Counted from the stretch's first letter, positions 1 to 9,722 are shown. The stretch: 34,931 nt of DNA from Candidatus Micrarchaeia archaeon (GCA_049964795.1 JBMFWY010000010.1:1-34931); one strand, 5' to 3'. Notes: a model not told the origin generated them from the letters alone. Made by a program: numbers and translations.

Positions 1-232
1 AATTTAAGCTAGGACTCGGGATGTTGCTCTCGGTGCATCAAATGATGGGGTATTAAAAGTAAGAGCGGTAAATAATGTGCCTGCTACGTGAATCGAATAT
101 ATGAATTTAAAAACCCTCTATAAACGGTATTTTATAGCTGTTATACTGAATAGCGCTAACTTTCGATACTCAAATATACGGTTTCTGGTACTTTAAGATA
201 GCCGAAAGGCTACACAGCAAATAGCTATGCCT

Positions 233-1249
233 TTATTCAAAATTCGGGCCTAGACTGCGCAAAAGATCTCTGTTGCTTTCGAAATAGTCTCTTGCCCTTG
301 CAAGTTTATTGATTAAGTACTCGGATACTGCAGCCTTCAAGTCAGAGGGATGTATTGCCTTGCTTGTATACAGCTCCTCGAACTGCCGCTTGGAGGTAAT
401 TTCGAGGTCTCCTCCGAACTTGCTTTCTCTAGCTATAGTAAATTTTCCTTTTTCAGGCAGCATGAGCAGAGTAACTATCGCAGTTATAGGGTTGTCCTTC
501 AAATCGCCTATGGGGCAGTATGCTCCAGCTATCGTTTTCTTTATCTCCTCTTCCGATGCATTGACTTTTATGTTTGTGCCCTGCACCGAAGAGCTCATTT
601 TTACTCCCGGTCCTTTTAGCGAAGGTACAAGGGGCATCATGAGCTCAATTCTTTTTTCATAGCCGAGCTTTGGCATATACTCTCTTGCGAAAGCCATTAT
701 GTGCCTCTGGTCGAGTCCGCCCAGCTGCATATCTACTCCTAAATACTTTTCATCCAGCGCCTGCATTATCGGATAAATAAGCTCGCTGACCTTGGGATTT
801 TTCATCCTTGTTACTTCTGAAGCCGCATGCAATGCCACTTTCACGCTAGCTAAAGTGGACATCTTGAAAATATCCATTTGGTAATCCTCCCCGAGCTGGT
901 AGTCTGAGCCTACAACAAACTTGGGCTTCTCCTTCCATTCAACTGCAAGCTCTATGGCTTTGCGCGTATACTCGCGCCTTATCTCAAGCTCCTCCCATTT
1001 CGACTTTAAATCGTCAAGCGCTGCATGTATGTCAGCAAGCAGCACAATGGCGTTGAAACCGGCTTTTTGCAGATCGAGCAGCTTGCTTATAGAAACCAAA
1101 TGCCCAACGTGCAGAGGCCCTGTTATCGCCCTGCCTAAGTAAACTGAAGGTGCGCTCTTCTTCGAAACGAGCTCTTCAAGCTCCTGCGCAGTAAGTATCT
1201 CTGCCGCATTCCTAGTTATCATCTCAATTTTTGGATCTGCCACTTCCAT
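233..1249 (-). CDS. tyrS: Tyrosine--tRNA ligase (archaeal type)
   Basis: HVGH (HIGH-like) and KMSSS motifs; YPIMQALD and GGLDQR tyrosine-pocket motifs; HPSDLK C-terminal motif. Start set at ATG 1249 (MEVADPK) rather than TTG 1276. Confidence 0.96.
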   Translation of the reverse strand: MEVADPKIEMITRNAAEILTAQELEELVSKKSAPSVYLGRAITGPLHVGHLVSISKLLDLQKAGFNAIVLLADIHAALDDLKSKWEELEIRREYTRKAIELAVEWKEKPKFVVGSDYQLGEDYQMDIFKMSTLASVKVALHAASEVTRMKNPKVSELIYPIMQALDEKYLGVDMQLGGLDQRHIMAFAREYMPKLGYEKRIELMMPLVPSLKGPGVKMSSSVQGTNIKVNASEEEIKKTIAGAYCPIGDLKDNPITAIVTLLMLPEKGKFTIARESKFGGDLEITSKRQFEELYTSKAIHPSDLKAAVSEYLINKLARARDYFESNRDLLRSLGPNFE

Positions 1250-1426
1250 ATAGTCAAGCCATTTTGCATATCGCAAGCGAATTTGCAGCTTGCATGTACT
1301 TTATTTCATCTCAGCAATGCTTAAATCTGTGAAGGCAGATGCTATTAAACTTTTTGTTTAAGCAGTTGCTTCCCTGCTTTAAAGATATAAAAATCTTATT
1401 TGCCCTTCAATTTTGAAGGAGTTTAA

Positions 1427-2896
1427 ATGCATGAAGAAAAAAGTAAAGAAAGCAAAGGTATTGGCAGGCAAGAAAAAGACTCGATCCTGGCGGATTTGCG
1501 CTCTATGGTAGAGTCTTTTTACATAAAAAAGGTGCCTTCCTATGGAAACAACTTCTTCTTCACTATAGGCATATACCTGCTGGAGTTGTTTGGCATATTG
1601 GCAATTACCGGAATCGTAATGCTTGTATTCGGGCCGTATTGGTGGAATCTTACTCCTGCGGGCACCTTTTTCAGGAGCGTGCATCTGTGGGCAGCTGAAG
1701 CTTTTGTGACTTTGATGCTTGTGCACTTGATAGTGCAGTTTGCAACCTCCTCTTTTAAGCGCAAGAAGCTAGTGTGGATGATAGGCAGCGTAATGCTGCT
1801 TCTTGTCTTCCTCGAGTACGCCTTTGGTATAGGTGTCCAGGGCGGCTTTGTATCGCAGTGGAATGCCAAGGCAGGAGCAGACCTTTGGAACGGCATGGGG
1901 CTTGGCTATTGGATAAACCCTCTGAACATGTCTGCGGTTTTGGGCTGGCATGTTGCTATACTGCCCATCCTGCTCGCGTTGCTCATTTTTGTGCATTACA
2001 TGCTGGTAAAGCAGAAAGGCATTAGCACGCCTTACAGAAGCGACATACCTTATAGCATTGTTGATGCAAACCATAAGCTCATGTACAGGCGCATGGTTTA
2101 TGTGCTTGCAGTAGTGCTAATATTTGCAATAGTATTGCGCTCTCCATATATTGCGCCCCTCACAATACAGCAGGTGGCAAGCAGCAGTCCAGACTCAATC
2201 GCAATGACCTTAATCCAGGAATTCAACCAGAGCTCTGGGACAGCAACGTACTTGGACACTATCGATCCTTACACTTTCAACACCGCAGTCTCTTATGTGT
2301 CGGTGCCCTACAGCTATTACGTTAACATAACGCACTCTTTCAACTATGAAGGTGTGCTTTTGGGGGCGAACAGCAGCGAGCGTAACGCCTATCTTGCATC
2401 TGCTTACTCATATTTTGAAGAAAACGGCTCGATACAAAAAGGCATTAATTCATCAAATCCTGCCATAGCCCTTTTCTCGGAGCTGACCTACATGGCGCAG
2501 ACGGGCCTTTACCAAAGCGTATTGCAGAGCGAAGTGCAAAATCCACTCAACGAGACCTATACTATACGCTTCCTCTATGACACTGGTGCCCTGTCTAATT
2601 ATGCTGCAAAGTATGGCTTGAGGACTAGCCAATGGGGCATGATAAAGGCTGGGGGAAAGTGGTGGCAGATCGGAAGCTATTGGGTTGCCCCATACAACTG
2701 GCTTGAGATAATAACGAGCGGATTGCCGTTTTGGAATGATCTTGAGAATGGCATCACAGCCATGGCAGTTTTTATGATCCTGCTCTTCCTGCCATTTATT
2801 CCTGGTTTGAGCAAGCTTCCAGACAAGCTTAAGCTTTATAAGCTGTTTTGGAACAGGTTCACCGTGCCTGAAATGAAAAAGGCCAAGAAAAAGTGA
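1427..2896 (+). CDS. Cytochrome b/b6-like membrane protein with large extracytoplasmic C-terminal domain
   Basis: Four heme-ligand His in two helices (SVHLWAAEAFVTLMLVH, H-x13-H; WHVAILPILLALLIFVH, H-x14-H) in a cytochrome b N-terminal domain pattern. Followed by a TM helix, a ~180-aa polar domain and a C-terminal TM helix. Confidence 0.88.
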   Translation: MHEEKSKESKGIGRQEKDSILADLRSMVESFYIKKVPSYGNNFFFTIGIYLLELFGILAITGIVMLVFGPYWWNLTPAGTFFRSVHLWAAEAFVTLMLVHLIVQFATSSFKRKKLVWMIGSVMLLLVFLEYAFGIGVQGGFVSQWNAKAGADLWNGMGLGYWINPLNMSAVLGWHVAILPILLALLIFVHYMLVKQKGISTPYRSDIPYSIVDANHKLMYRRMVYVLAVVLIFAIVLRSPYIAPLTIQQVASSSPDSIAMTLIQEFNQSSGTATYLDTIDPYTFNTAVSYVSVPYSYYVNITHSFNYEGVLLGANSSERNAYLASAYSYFEENGSIQKGINSSNPAIALFSELTYMAQTGLYQSVLQSEVQNPLNETYTIRFLYDTGALSNYAAKYGLRTSQWGMIKAGGKWWQIGSYWVAPYNWLEIITSGLPFWNDLENGITAMAVFMILLFLPFIPGLSKLPDKLKLYKLFWNRFTVPEMKKAKKK

Positions 2897-2902
2897 GCAT
2901 GC

Positions 2903-3574
2903 ATGCAAGAACTGCAGCTTGTTGTGGTTTCCTCAACGCTTGCTATTGCACTGCTAAGCTTCATTCTTGCATTGTTCTTGACGCTCAAATTCAAAGAAAC
3001 TGGTGCTGCAAGCTACCTATTCTGGAGCCTTGGAATGTGGTTTTTCACCTTGGGGGTGGTTCTTGAAGTATTGTTTGCAATTGGCATATATAGCCAAAGC
3101 ATCGCAGCATTATACCTTTTTGTAGTCTCTTTTACTGTCGAACTTCTTGCACTCGGATCAATGCAGTTGGTGCATTCGAGGTCAGCGCGCATAGCTTATT
3201 ACTCTTATTGCGGCTTTACTACTCTTATTTTGCTTTTCTACCTGTTCAATTCCAAAATAGGAAACATAATAGTGACTTACGTGGTATTCGGCTCACTGCC
3301 ACTGCCTGTTGTAGCGGCATCTTCCGCCATTACTTTTCCTGCTGCTGTGTTAATAGCATTGATAGCTGCGATAAGCTATGTGCGTAGCAAGAGCAAAAAG
3401 ATGCTTAGCATAATATTAGGGGTTGTAATTGTAAGCATGGCTGGCACCCTATACATTGCAAGCATGCCAGAGTTTCTTTACCTGTCTGAATTTGCAGGGA
3501 TATTCTTATTATGGTTTGGCTTTTTTGACTTCGATGCAGTTTCGAAAAACCGCAGGCAGAGCAAGCGCGGCTAA
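2903..3574 (+). CDS. Polytopic (about 7-TM) membrane protein, unknown function
   Basis: 223-aa ORF with ~7 hydrophobic segments and a basic tail; starts 6 nt after the cytochrome b stop. Confidence 0.8.
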   Translation: MQELQLVVVSSTLAIALLSFILALFLTLKFKETGAASYLFWSLGMWFFTLGVVLEVLFAIGIYSQSIAALYLFVVSFTVELLALGSMQLVHSRSARIAYYSYCGFTTLILLFYLFNSKIGNIIVTYVVFGSLPLPVVAASSAITFPAAVLIALIAAISYVRSKSKKMLSIILGVVIVSMAGTLYIASMPEFLYLSEFAGIFLLWFGFFDFDAVSKNRRQSKRG

Positions 3575-3841
3575 GCCTTCAAGAAAAACCAAGTATACAA
3601 AAACGTGTCTTTGCAAAATTTTATCAGTGTCAAAAAATCCGAAAAAATTTTGCTGTTGCCTTTTGCATTGCCCGGATCTCCTCTGCAGGAGCCAGTAAGG
3701 TTTTTATTCCTCCAAAATTTTTCGATTTATTAAATTATCAAAATTTTTAGATACTTAAGATGCGGATTTTTGAAAGTGGCTTTAAAATAATTTGCTTTTC
3801 AAATTCCAATTGCTCGCTTATGAGTGGGGGTTGGTGACCAA

Positions 3842-6127
3842 ATGATAAAGCTTGTTGTAAAGAGGAATAAGGAAAAGGTGGAATTTGATAGGGAAAAGAT
3901 TGTGCATGCTATATTCAGGGCTTTTTCTGATGTGCATTCTGAAGCTGAAGACCAGGACAACCTTAAAATTGCCAATTCTCTTGCAGACAAAGTGGTAAAG
4001 AGGCTTGAGGAAAAGGGCAAGGATGAGGTTGATGTCGAGGAAATACAGGATGTAGTGGAAAATGTGCTGATGGAAAGCGACAAGTCAGTAGCAAAGTCAT
4101 ATATACTGTTTAGGCACAAGCGCGCAGAGATACGTTCAGCCAAGGCCAGCCTTGGGATAGCGGAAGACGATCTCAAGCTCCCCTTGAACTCCATAACTGT
4201 GCTTGCAGCCAGGTACCTCCTCAAGGACGCTAACGGAAAGATTATAGAGACCCCGAAGCAGCTTTTTACGAGGGTGGCGCATACAATAGCAGGGGTAGAA
4301 AAGAATTATGGCAAAAGCGATAGCGAAGTTGCCGCAATAGAAAAGGATTTTTACGATGCCATGACTTCGTTTGAGTTTATGCCTAATTCTCCTACACTAA
4401 TGAATGCGGGCACGCCGCTAGGGCAGCTTAGCGCCTGCTTCGTGCTTCCTGTGGGCGATTCGATAGTCGAGATATTCGACTCTGTCAAATATGCGGCAAT
4501 GATACACCAGTCCGGAGGGGGTACAGGATTTGCATTTTCAAGGCTTAGGCCCGCAAACGACATAGTAAAAAGCACAGGAGGGGTTGCTTCTGGCCCAATT
4601 TCTTTCATGAAGGTTTTTGATGCAGCTACAGAGCAGATAAAGCAGGGAGGCAAGAGGCGCGGGGCAAACATGGGCATACTTCGCGTAGATCATCCCGACA
4701 TACTAGATTTTATAGTGGTAAAAGAGCAGGAAGGTGTGCTAAGGAATTTCAACATCTCTGTGGGTGTAACAGACGAGTTCATGAAAGCCGTAAAGAACAA
4801 TACAGATTACGCGCTAATAAACCCCAGAAATGGAAAACCTGTAAGGTATCTTAATGCAAGAGCGGTATGGAATCTTATTGTGACAATGGCATGGAAGACT
4901 GGAGATCCTGGAGTCGTATTCCTTGACAGGATGAATACTACGTTTTCTAATCCCGTGCCCAAATACGGCCCGATAGAATCAACTAACCCGTGCGGAGAGC
5001 AGCCTTTATACCCATATGACTCGTGCAACTTGGGTTCTATAAATTTGGCCAAGATGGTAAAGAAAATAGACCACCACTTTGATGTAGACTGGGATGAGTT
5101 AAAGCGCATAGTATACTTAGGAGTAAGATTTCTAGACAATGTAATAGATGCGAACAGCTATCCTATCAAGCAGATAGAAGAAGTCTCAAAATCCATAAGA
5201 AGGATAGGTTTAGGAGTTATGGGCTGGGCAGATCTGCTGATAAAGCTTGGCATAAGGTATGATAGCAACGAGGCGCTCCTGCTCGCTGAAGAGGTAATGT
5301 CCTTCATAAGCAAGAATGGAAGAAAAGCCAGCGAGGAGCTTGCTGCCGAAAAGGGACCCTTCCCAGAATTCAACAACAGCATATGGCACAACTTGGGTTA
5401 TAAGCCTTTGAGGAATTCTACCGTAACCACAATCGCTCCGACAGGCACAATAAGTATAATAAGCGGAGGCACATCGCAAGGTATAGAGCCCATATTCTCG
5501 GTAGTGTATATGCGCAACGTGCAGGAAAGCTTAGGCTCAAACCTAATAGAAATAAACAACGAATTTGAGAGGTTTGCGCTAGAGCAGAACTTCTATTCCG
5601 ATGAGCTTATGACAAGCCTTGCCGGCAGGACTTCTATACAGGATGTCGATGAGATACCTGAGGAAGTGAGGAGGATTTTTGTCACGGCTTTTGATGTTTC
5701 TCCTGAATGGCACGTCAAAATGCAGGCAGCGTTCCAAAAGTATGTAGACAACGCCGTGTCGAAGACAATAAACATGCCCAGCACAGCCACGCCGCAAGAT
5801 GTTGAAAAAGCATATCTCCTTGCCTATGATCTTGGTTGCAAGGGCATAACGATATACAGGGATCAAAGCAAGAGCGTGCAAGTGCTGCAGCCCATTTCTA
5901 GGCAGCAGACAGTTGCAGGAGCAAGCACATTGTCGCAGCTTAAGCAAAAGCACGAGGACAAGCAGGAGAGAAGAGCAATGACAATAAGCGAGATAAAAGC
6001 AGGAGCCAGTTCCTACGTGATAATTCCCGAGAAGGAGGTCAAATGTCCCGAATGCGGCACCACAATGGTCTCAGGTGGAGGTTGCTTCACTTGCCCCAAG
6101 TGCGGCTACAGTGTTTGTGGCGATTAA
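3842..6127 (+). CDS. nrdJ: Class II (adenosylcobalamin-dependent) ribonucleotide reductase with N-terminal ATP-cone and C-terminal Zn ribbon
   Basis: VVKRN..FDREKI and VEEIQDVVE ATP-cone; PNSPTLMNAG, LSACF, TNPCGEQPL (radical Cys), TIAPTGTIS, SKTIN, KGITIYRD; C-terminal CPECG..CPKCGYSVC. GGTGA at 3833-3837 supports ATG 3842. Confidence 0.95.
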   Translation: MIKLVVKRNKEKVEFDREKIVHAIFRAFSDVHSEAEDQDNLKIANSLADKVVKRLEEKGKDEVDVEEIQDVVENVLMESDKSVAKSYILFRHKRAEIRSAKASLGIAEDDLKLPLNSITVLAARYLLKDANGKIIETPKQLFTRVAHTIAGVEKNYGKSDSEVAAIEKDFYDAMTSFEFMPNSPTLMNAGTPLGQLSACFVLPVGDSIVEIFDSVKYAAMIHQSGGGTGFAFSRLRPANDIVKSTGGVASGPISFMKVFDAATEQIKQGGKRRGANMGILRVDHPDILDFIVVKEQEGVLRNFNISVGVTDEFMKAVKNNTDYALINPRNGKPVRYLNARAVWNLIVTMAWKTGDPGVVFLDRMNTTFSNPVPKYGPIESTNPCGEQPLYPYDSCNLGSINLAKMVKKIDHHFDVDWDELKRIVYLGVRFLDNVIDANSYPIKQIEEVSKSIRRIGLGVMGWADLLIKLGIRYDSNEALLLAEEVMSFISKNGRKASEELAAEKGPFPEFNNSIWHNLGYKPLRNSTVTTIAPTGTISIISGGTSQGIEPIFSVVYMRNVQESLGSNLIEINNEFERFALEQNFYSDELMTSLAGRTSIQDVDEIPEEVRRIFVTAFDVSPEWHVKMQAAFQKYVDNAVSKTINMPSTATPQDVEKAYLLAYDLGCKGITIYRDQSKSVQVLQPISRQQTVAGASTLSQLKQKHEDKQERRAMTISEIKAGASSYVIIPEKEVKCPECGTTMVSGGGCFTCPKCGYSVCGD

Positions 6128-6141
6128 AGTCTCTTTCGTAA

Positions 6142-6250
6142 GACTTTTCTGAATTGGGAAAGTCAGAGGATTCGTTTGGAGGTGTAACACGCAGCTTGTT
6201 TACGGTGAATTTATAAACGCTAGCTCTTACCCTTTTCTTTCCTTTTTTAT
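6142..6250 (+). terminator. Hairpin plus pyrimidine/oligo-T tract between convergent nrdJ and map
   Basis: GACTTTTC/GGAAAGTC stem at 6142-6164, followed by a T-rich tract at about 6233-6250 on +. Confidence 0.4.
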
Positions 6251-6318
6251 TCTGCTTTTGCCTTGTCCCGCTTTTATCATTTTTCTATTCTTAATTCTTA
6301 ATCTACTTTTTTTCTACT

Positions 6319-7239
6319 CTATTTTGTGAGCACTTTGCAGCCGTCTTTTTCAACAAGCACTTCAACTTCTGTTTGTGCAACCATGCCTTTTCCAGATTCA
6401 ACAAGAGCAGGATACGGCTCGATAGCCCCTGCCCTCATAAGCTCCTTTATCGCACTGTAAAGGGTGAACCTCGAACCAAATAAATCCGAAAGCCACCTGA
6501 CTGCAAAAGGCTCATGATTATATCTGCTTTTTACTTCAGCAAGCATTTTTCTCGCATTTTGGTCTCTTGTGAGTGCGTCATCAACATAGCCGTAAATTTC
6601 GAATATATCGCTGTTTACCACGTAACCCTTTCCGTTGGTAGCGAAAGGCTCAAGCGCAACCACCATACCTTCCTCCAGCTCCGTCTCATCTCCGTTGTCA
6701 TAGTTCGGTATGAAAGGCTCTGCATGCAGTTCATGAATGCCAACTCCATGCCCTCCCAAGTTCATTATCGGCACAAACCCCTTGCCTTTTATTGTTTCCT
6801 CTACAACTTTTCCTATTTCTGAGATTTTAACACCTGCCCTTATACTGCTTACTGCATTATCCAAAGCTTCCTTTGAAGCTTCGACAAGCTTTTGGTTTTC
6901 TCCGGAGATGTCTATTGTTATGGCGCAGTCTCCCAACACGCCGTCCTTTTTCGCTCCCAAGTCTATCTTTACAATATCATTTTTTCCGAAAACCTTGTCA
7001 TCAAAAGCAGAGGGTGTGTAGTGTGCAGCATATTCATTTATCGAGATATTAACAGGAAAAGCGAGGTCATAGCCGTTGTCCTTTGCATATCTTTCTATCT
7101 CGTTTGCAACGTCAAGCAGCTTTGCGCCCTCCTTTACTTTGTCTTTTGCAAGCTCCAGCATCTTGTATGATATCTTTCCTACCAACTCGGCAGTCTTTAT
7201 CTGCTCCTCATCCAAAAAGTTTACCTTTTCGCCATGCAT
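6319..7239 (-). CDS. map: Methionine aminopeptidase, type II
   Basis: AFPVNISINEYAAHYTP, KIDLG, GDCA, NLGGHG, LEPF, AQTE metal-site motifs plus the type II helical insert. Confidence 0.95.
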   Translation of the reverse strand: MHGEKVNFLDEEQIKTAELVGKISYKMLELAKDKVKEGAKLLDVANEIERYAKDNGYDLAFPVNISINEYAAHYTPSAFDDKVFGKNDIVKIDLGAKKDGVLGDCAITIDISGENQKLVEASKEALDNAVSSIRAGVKISEIGKVVEETIKGKGFVPIMNLGGHGVGIHELHAEPFIPNYDNGDETELEEGMVVALEPFATNGKGYVVNSDIFEIYGYVDDALTRDQNARKMLAEVKSRYNHEPFAVRWLSDLFGSRFTLYSAIKELMRAGAIEPYPALVESGKGMVAQTEVEVLVEKDGCKVLTK

Positions 7240-7256
7240 ATTATCATCTTGAAATG

Positions 7257-9722
7257 CTAAAGCTTCTTTTGCTTGCCAACATTCTTCAGCTCCTCCGGGT
7301 CGAAGTTGAGCTCCTTCAGAATCCGCATTGTTGCGGGGAGAACTTGGTGCTCTATGTAATAATCCGCATCATAGTCCTTTGCCATCCCATAAATCTGCGA
7401 TTTGTCCGAGATGGTGTTTCCACTTTTTGTTATTATGTATCCTATGACGCTGTGCTCAAGCTCCTCCTTCTTCTTGAATCCTGATTCGACTGCCCTCCTT
7501 GCGGCTGAGATTTCTGGCGATTTCTGGTCATAACTGTATATACTTTTTCTAAGTTGCGTTCTTATTATCAGGCTTTCCAGCGGCACCTTTCCATCTCTGA
7601 GGTTTTGGATCACCTCTTTCACAATCTTCGCTGCTTTTTCTGCACTGCCTTCGTTGAGTATTACCTCCAGCACTTTTCTTTGCGTATCCTGCGCTATCTT
7701 TGACCAGTCCCTTCTAACCAACTCAAACCCTCTTATTTTTATCCTGCCACTCTCTGAAATCAGCGCATACTTTTTCTTCGCCCCAACAGCAGAATCTTTG
7801 TCTGTCTTTTTACCTACAAAAACACCCCTTTTGTAAAAGTCTTCCAGTTCAAGTTCCATACTTTTCGGGAGCGATTCGTTGAGCCTTTTGAGTATCTCCA
7901 AAACTTCATCTCTGCTTTTGCTGCCTATGAGCAGAAGCACGCTATCCGTATCCCCATAAAGCACCTTGAATCCTTCTCTTTCCACTTTGTCTATTGTATC
8001 CTTTATGTACTGCCTTCCCAATGCAGTAACAGAAGCCGCGCATTCACGTGAATACCATCTGGCTCTTGCATAGCCCAAATAACCGTAGAAGGCGTTAGCC
8101 AAAATCTTCAGAGCCTGCGACCTGGATCCGAAAATGATATTTCCAGGATCCTTCTTGTACATCTTTTTTACTTCTGCCCTCTGGTCCATCAGCATCTTTA
8201 ATATTGTAGGCAGCATGTATGTTCCTTCCTTGTCAAATTTTGTACCAGTTGGTGACTGGTAATAGCTGCTGCATGTTGTGCAAATTGCGGAGGGGTCTAT
8301 ATTGTGAGATATGATTATTGAGGGATATAATCCCCTAAAGTCAAACATTACCAGGTTGTCGTATACTCCGGGATCCGGCGTTTTCACATAAGCCCCTTCT
8401 ATGGGATTGCTGTTCCTTTCAAATATCTGGTGCTCGCCAGGCTTGTTCGGTATCATCTCATTGAACTTGTACGCATTTTTCATGAGCAGGAACTCAACGA
8501 GCTGGCTTGTAGTTGATACTGCAACATCGCTTGGCAAATCCCCTGTAACCTTTGAGAGCTCAAATATTATCGGAGTAAACGTGTTGTATACCTTTCTTAA
8601 TGCTTCTGCATCATTAAGGTTGTAATATACTAGCTCTTTTAGGCTATCCCCTCCTTGATCCCACATCTGGTAGATATTCTCCTTTTCCACCATTACCTTT
8701 TTGCCATCGCTTATTGCCTCATAAACGTCTTTTAGCTTGAAACTGTTCAGCTTCAGTATCCTCTCTGCAGCTCCTACAACTGATATGAACTTTGCAACGT
8801 TGAACATGTCTATATGGATACGTCCAGCAATTTTCACCCTATCTATCAGCCCGTGCTTTTCAAGACGCGTCTCGCCTTTGAACCTGCCTATATTAAGCTC
8901 TACCTTAAGCGCTTCCGCGCGTTCAAGCATATATTTTATGTCAAAATTTGTAGAAGCATAACCAGATATCACATCTATATCCAGCTCATCAAGCTTCCTT
9001 GAGAACCTTTCAAGCATGTCCTTTTCATCATTCGCAACTTCGACAAAATCCGCATCCACCTTTTTGTAAGTTATAACTCCTTTTCCAAGCTGCGTATCCC
9101 CTTTGGAATAGGAGTAGCTTATCATGAGTATCGGATCTTTTTGAGGCCTAGAAGTTCCCTGCGGGTTATATGTTTCTATATCAAAGCAGAGGGAATTAAG
9201 CGAAGCCCATCCTGACTTGCCGCTCACTTCTTCCATGCTCCTTATTCCCTTTAGTATCCAATATTCCCCTTCCTCCTCTACCTCTACGTAGTAATAAGAA
9301 AAAGGCGTTATACTCTTGTCTATTATATACCTTCTAGCAAATACTATATCATTCTCGTAAACCGTCCCGATTCTCACCATTGCGGCGCTGAGCTTTGGCA
9401 CTTGCATCGGGTTTTTGGCATAAATCTTAAAAGCTCTTGTTTCCCTCCCAAAAATCTTTTTTATGGTACTCTCGACTTTTTCTGGTTTCATAACCTTTCC
9501 ATTATCCTCTATGCAGATCGCAAGCAGCTCCTCAACCGAGGCCGCACCGCGCGGGACAAGGTAAAAATACGCCATAAACTCTTTATCATATATCTCATAG
9601 GTTTTTCCATCTTCGCCCTTGAATGTTAGCCTAATGTATGCCGAATCTCCGAAGCTCATGTAGTCTACGTCTATCACAATCCCCGCGATTGTCATGGTTT
9701 TGACTTGACTTTCATCTTTCAT
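7257..9722 (-). CDS. polB: Family B DNA polymerase (archaeal PolB3-like)
   Basis: ExoI FDIET, ExoIII YNLND; polymerase motifs DFRGLYPSII, KILANAFYGY, YGDTDS; RGFELVRRDWS; no intein. Confidence 0.96.
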   Translation of the reverse strand: MKDESQVKTMTIAGIVIDVDYMSFGDSAYIRLTFKGEDGKTYEIYDKEFMAYFYLVPRGAASVEELLAICIEDNGKVMKPEKVESTIKKIFGRETRAFKIYAKNPMQVPKLSAAMVRIGTVYENDIVFARRYIIDKSITPFSYYYVEVEEEGEYWILKGIRSMEEVSGKSGWASLNSLCFDIETYNPQGTSRPQKDPILMISYSYSKGDTQLGKGVITYKKVDADFVEVANDEKDMLERFSRKLDELDIDVISGYASTNFDIKYMLERAEALKVELNIGRFKGETRLEKHGLIDRVKIAGRIHIDMFNVAKFISVVGAAERILKLNSFKLKDVYEAISDGKKVMVEKENIYQMWDQGGDSLKELVYYNLNDAEALRKVYNTFTPIIFELSKVTGDLPSDVAVSTTSQLVEFLLMKNAYKFNEMIPNKPGEHQIFERNSNPIEGAYVKTPDPGVYDNLVMFDFRGLYPSIIISHNIDPSAICTTCSSYYQSPTGTKFDKEGTYMLPTILKMLMDQRAEVKKMYKKDPGNIIFGSRSQALKILANAFYGYLGYARARWYSRECAASVTALGRQYIKDTIDKVEREGFKVLYGDTDSVLLLIGSKSRDEVLEILKRLNESLPKSMELELEDFYKRGVFVGKKTDKDSAVGAKKKYALISESGRIKIRGFELVRRDWSKIAQDTQRKVLEVILNEGSAEKAAKIVKEVIQNLRDGKVPLESLIIRTQLRKSIYSYDQKSPEISAARRAVESGFKKKEELEHSVIGYIITKSGNTISDKSQIYGMAKDYDADYYIEHQVLPATMRILKELNFDPEELKNVGKQKKL

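Noticed and set aside
41-86. Fluoride-riboswitch-like words (GATGGGGT ... TAATGTGCCTGC)
   Set aside because: Spacing is short, the conserved UGA is broken, there is no inner stem and no downstream + strand gene.
6178-6184. Perfect GGAGGTG Shine-Dalgarno in the nrdJ-map gap
   Set aside because: No properly spaced start codon or ORF follows.
6228-6281. 17-aa basic ORF on - (MIKAGQGKSRIKKERKG)
   Set aside because: Explained by the purine-rich complement of the T-rich terminator tract; no RBS and no resemblance to eL41.
3842-9722. Inteins or introns in nrdJ and polB (common insertion hosts)
   Set aside because: Lengths are normal and catalytic motifs are contiguous.
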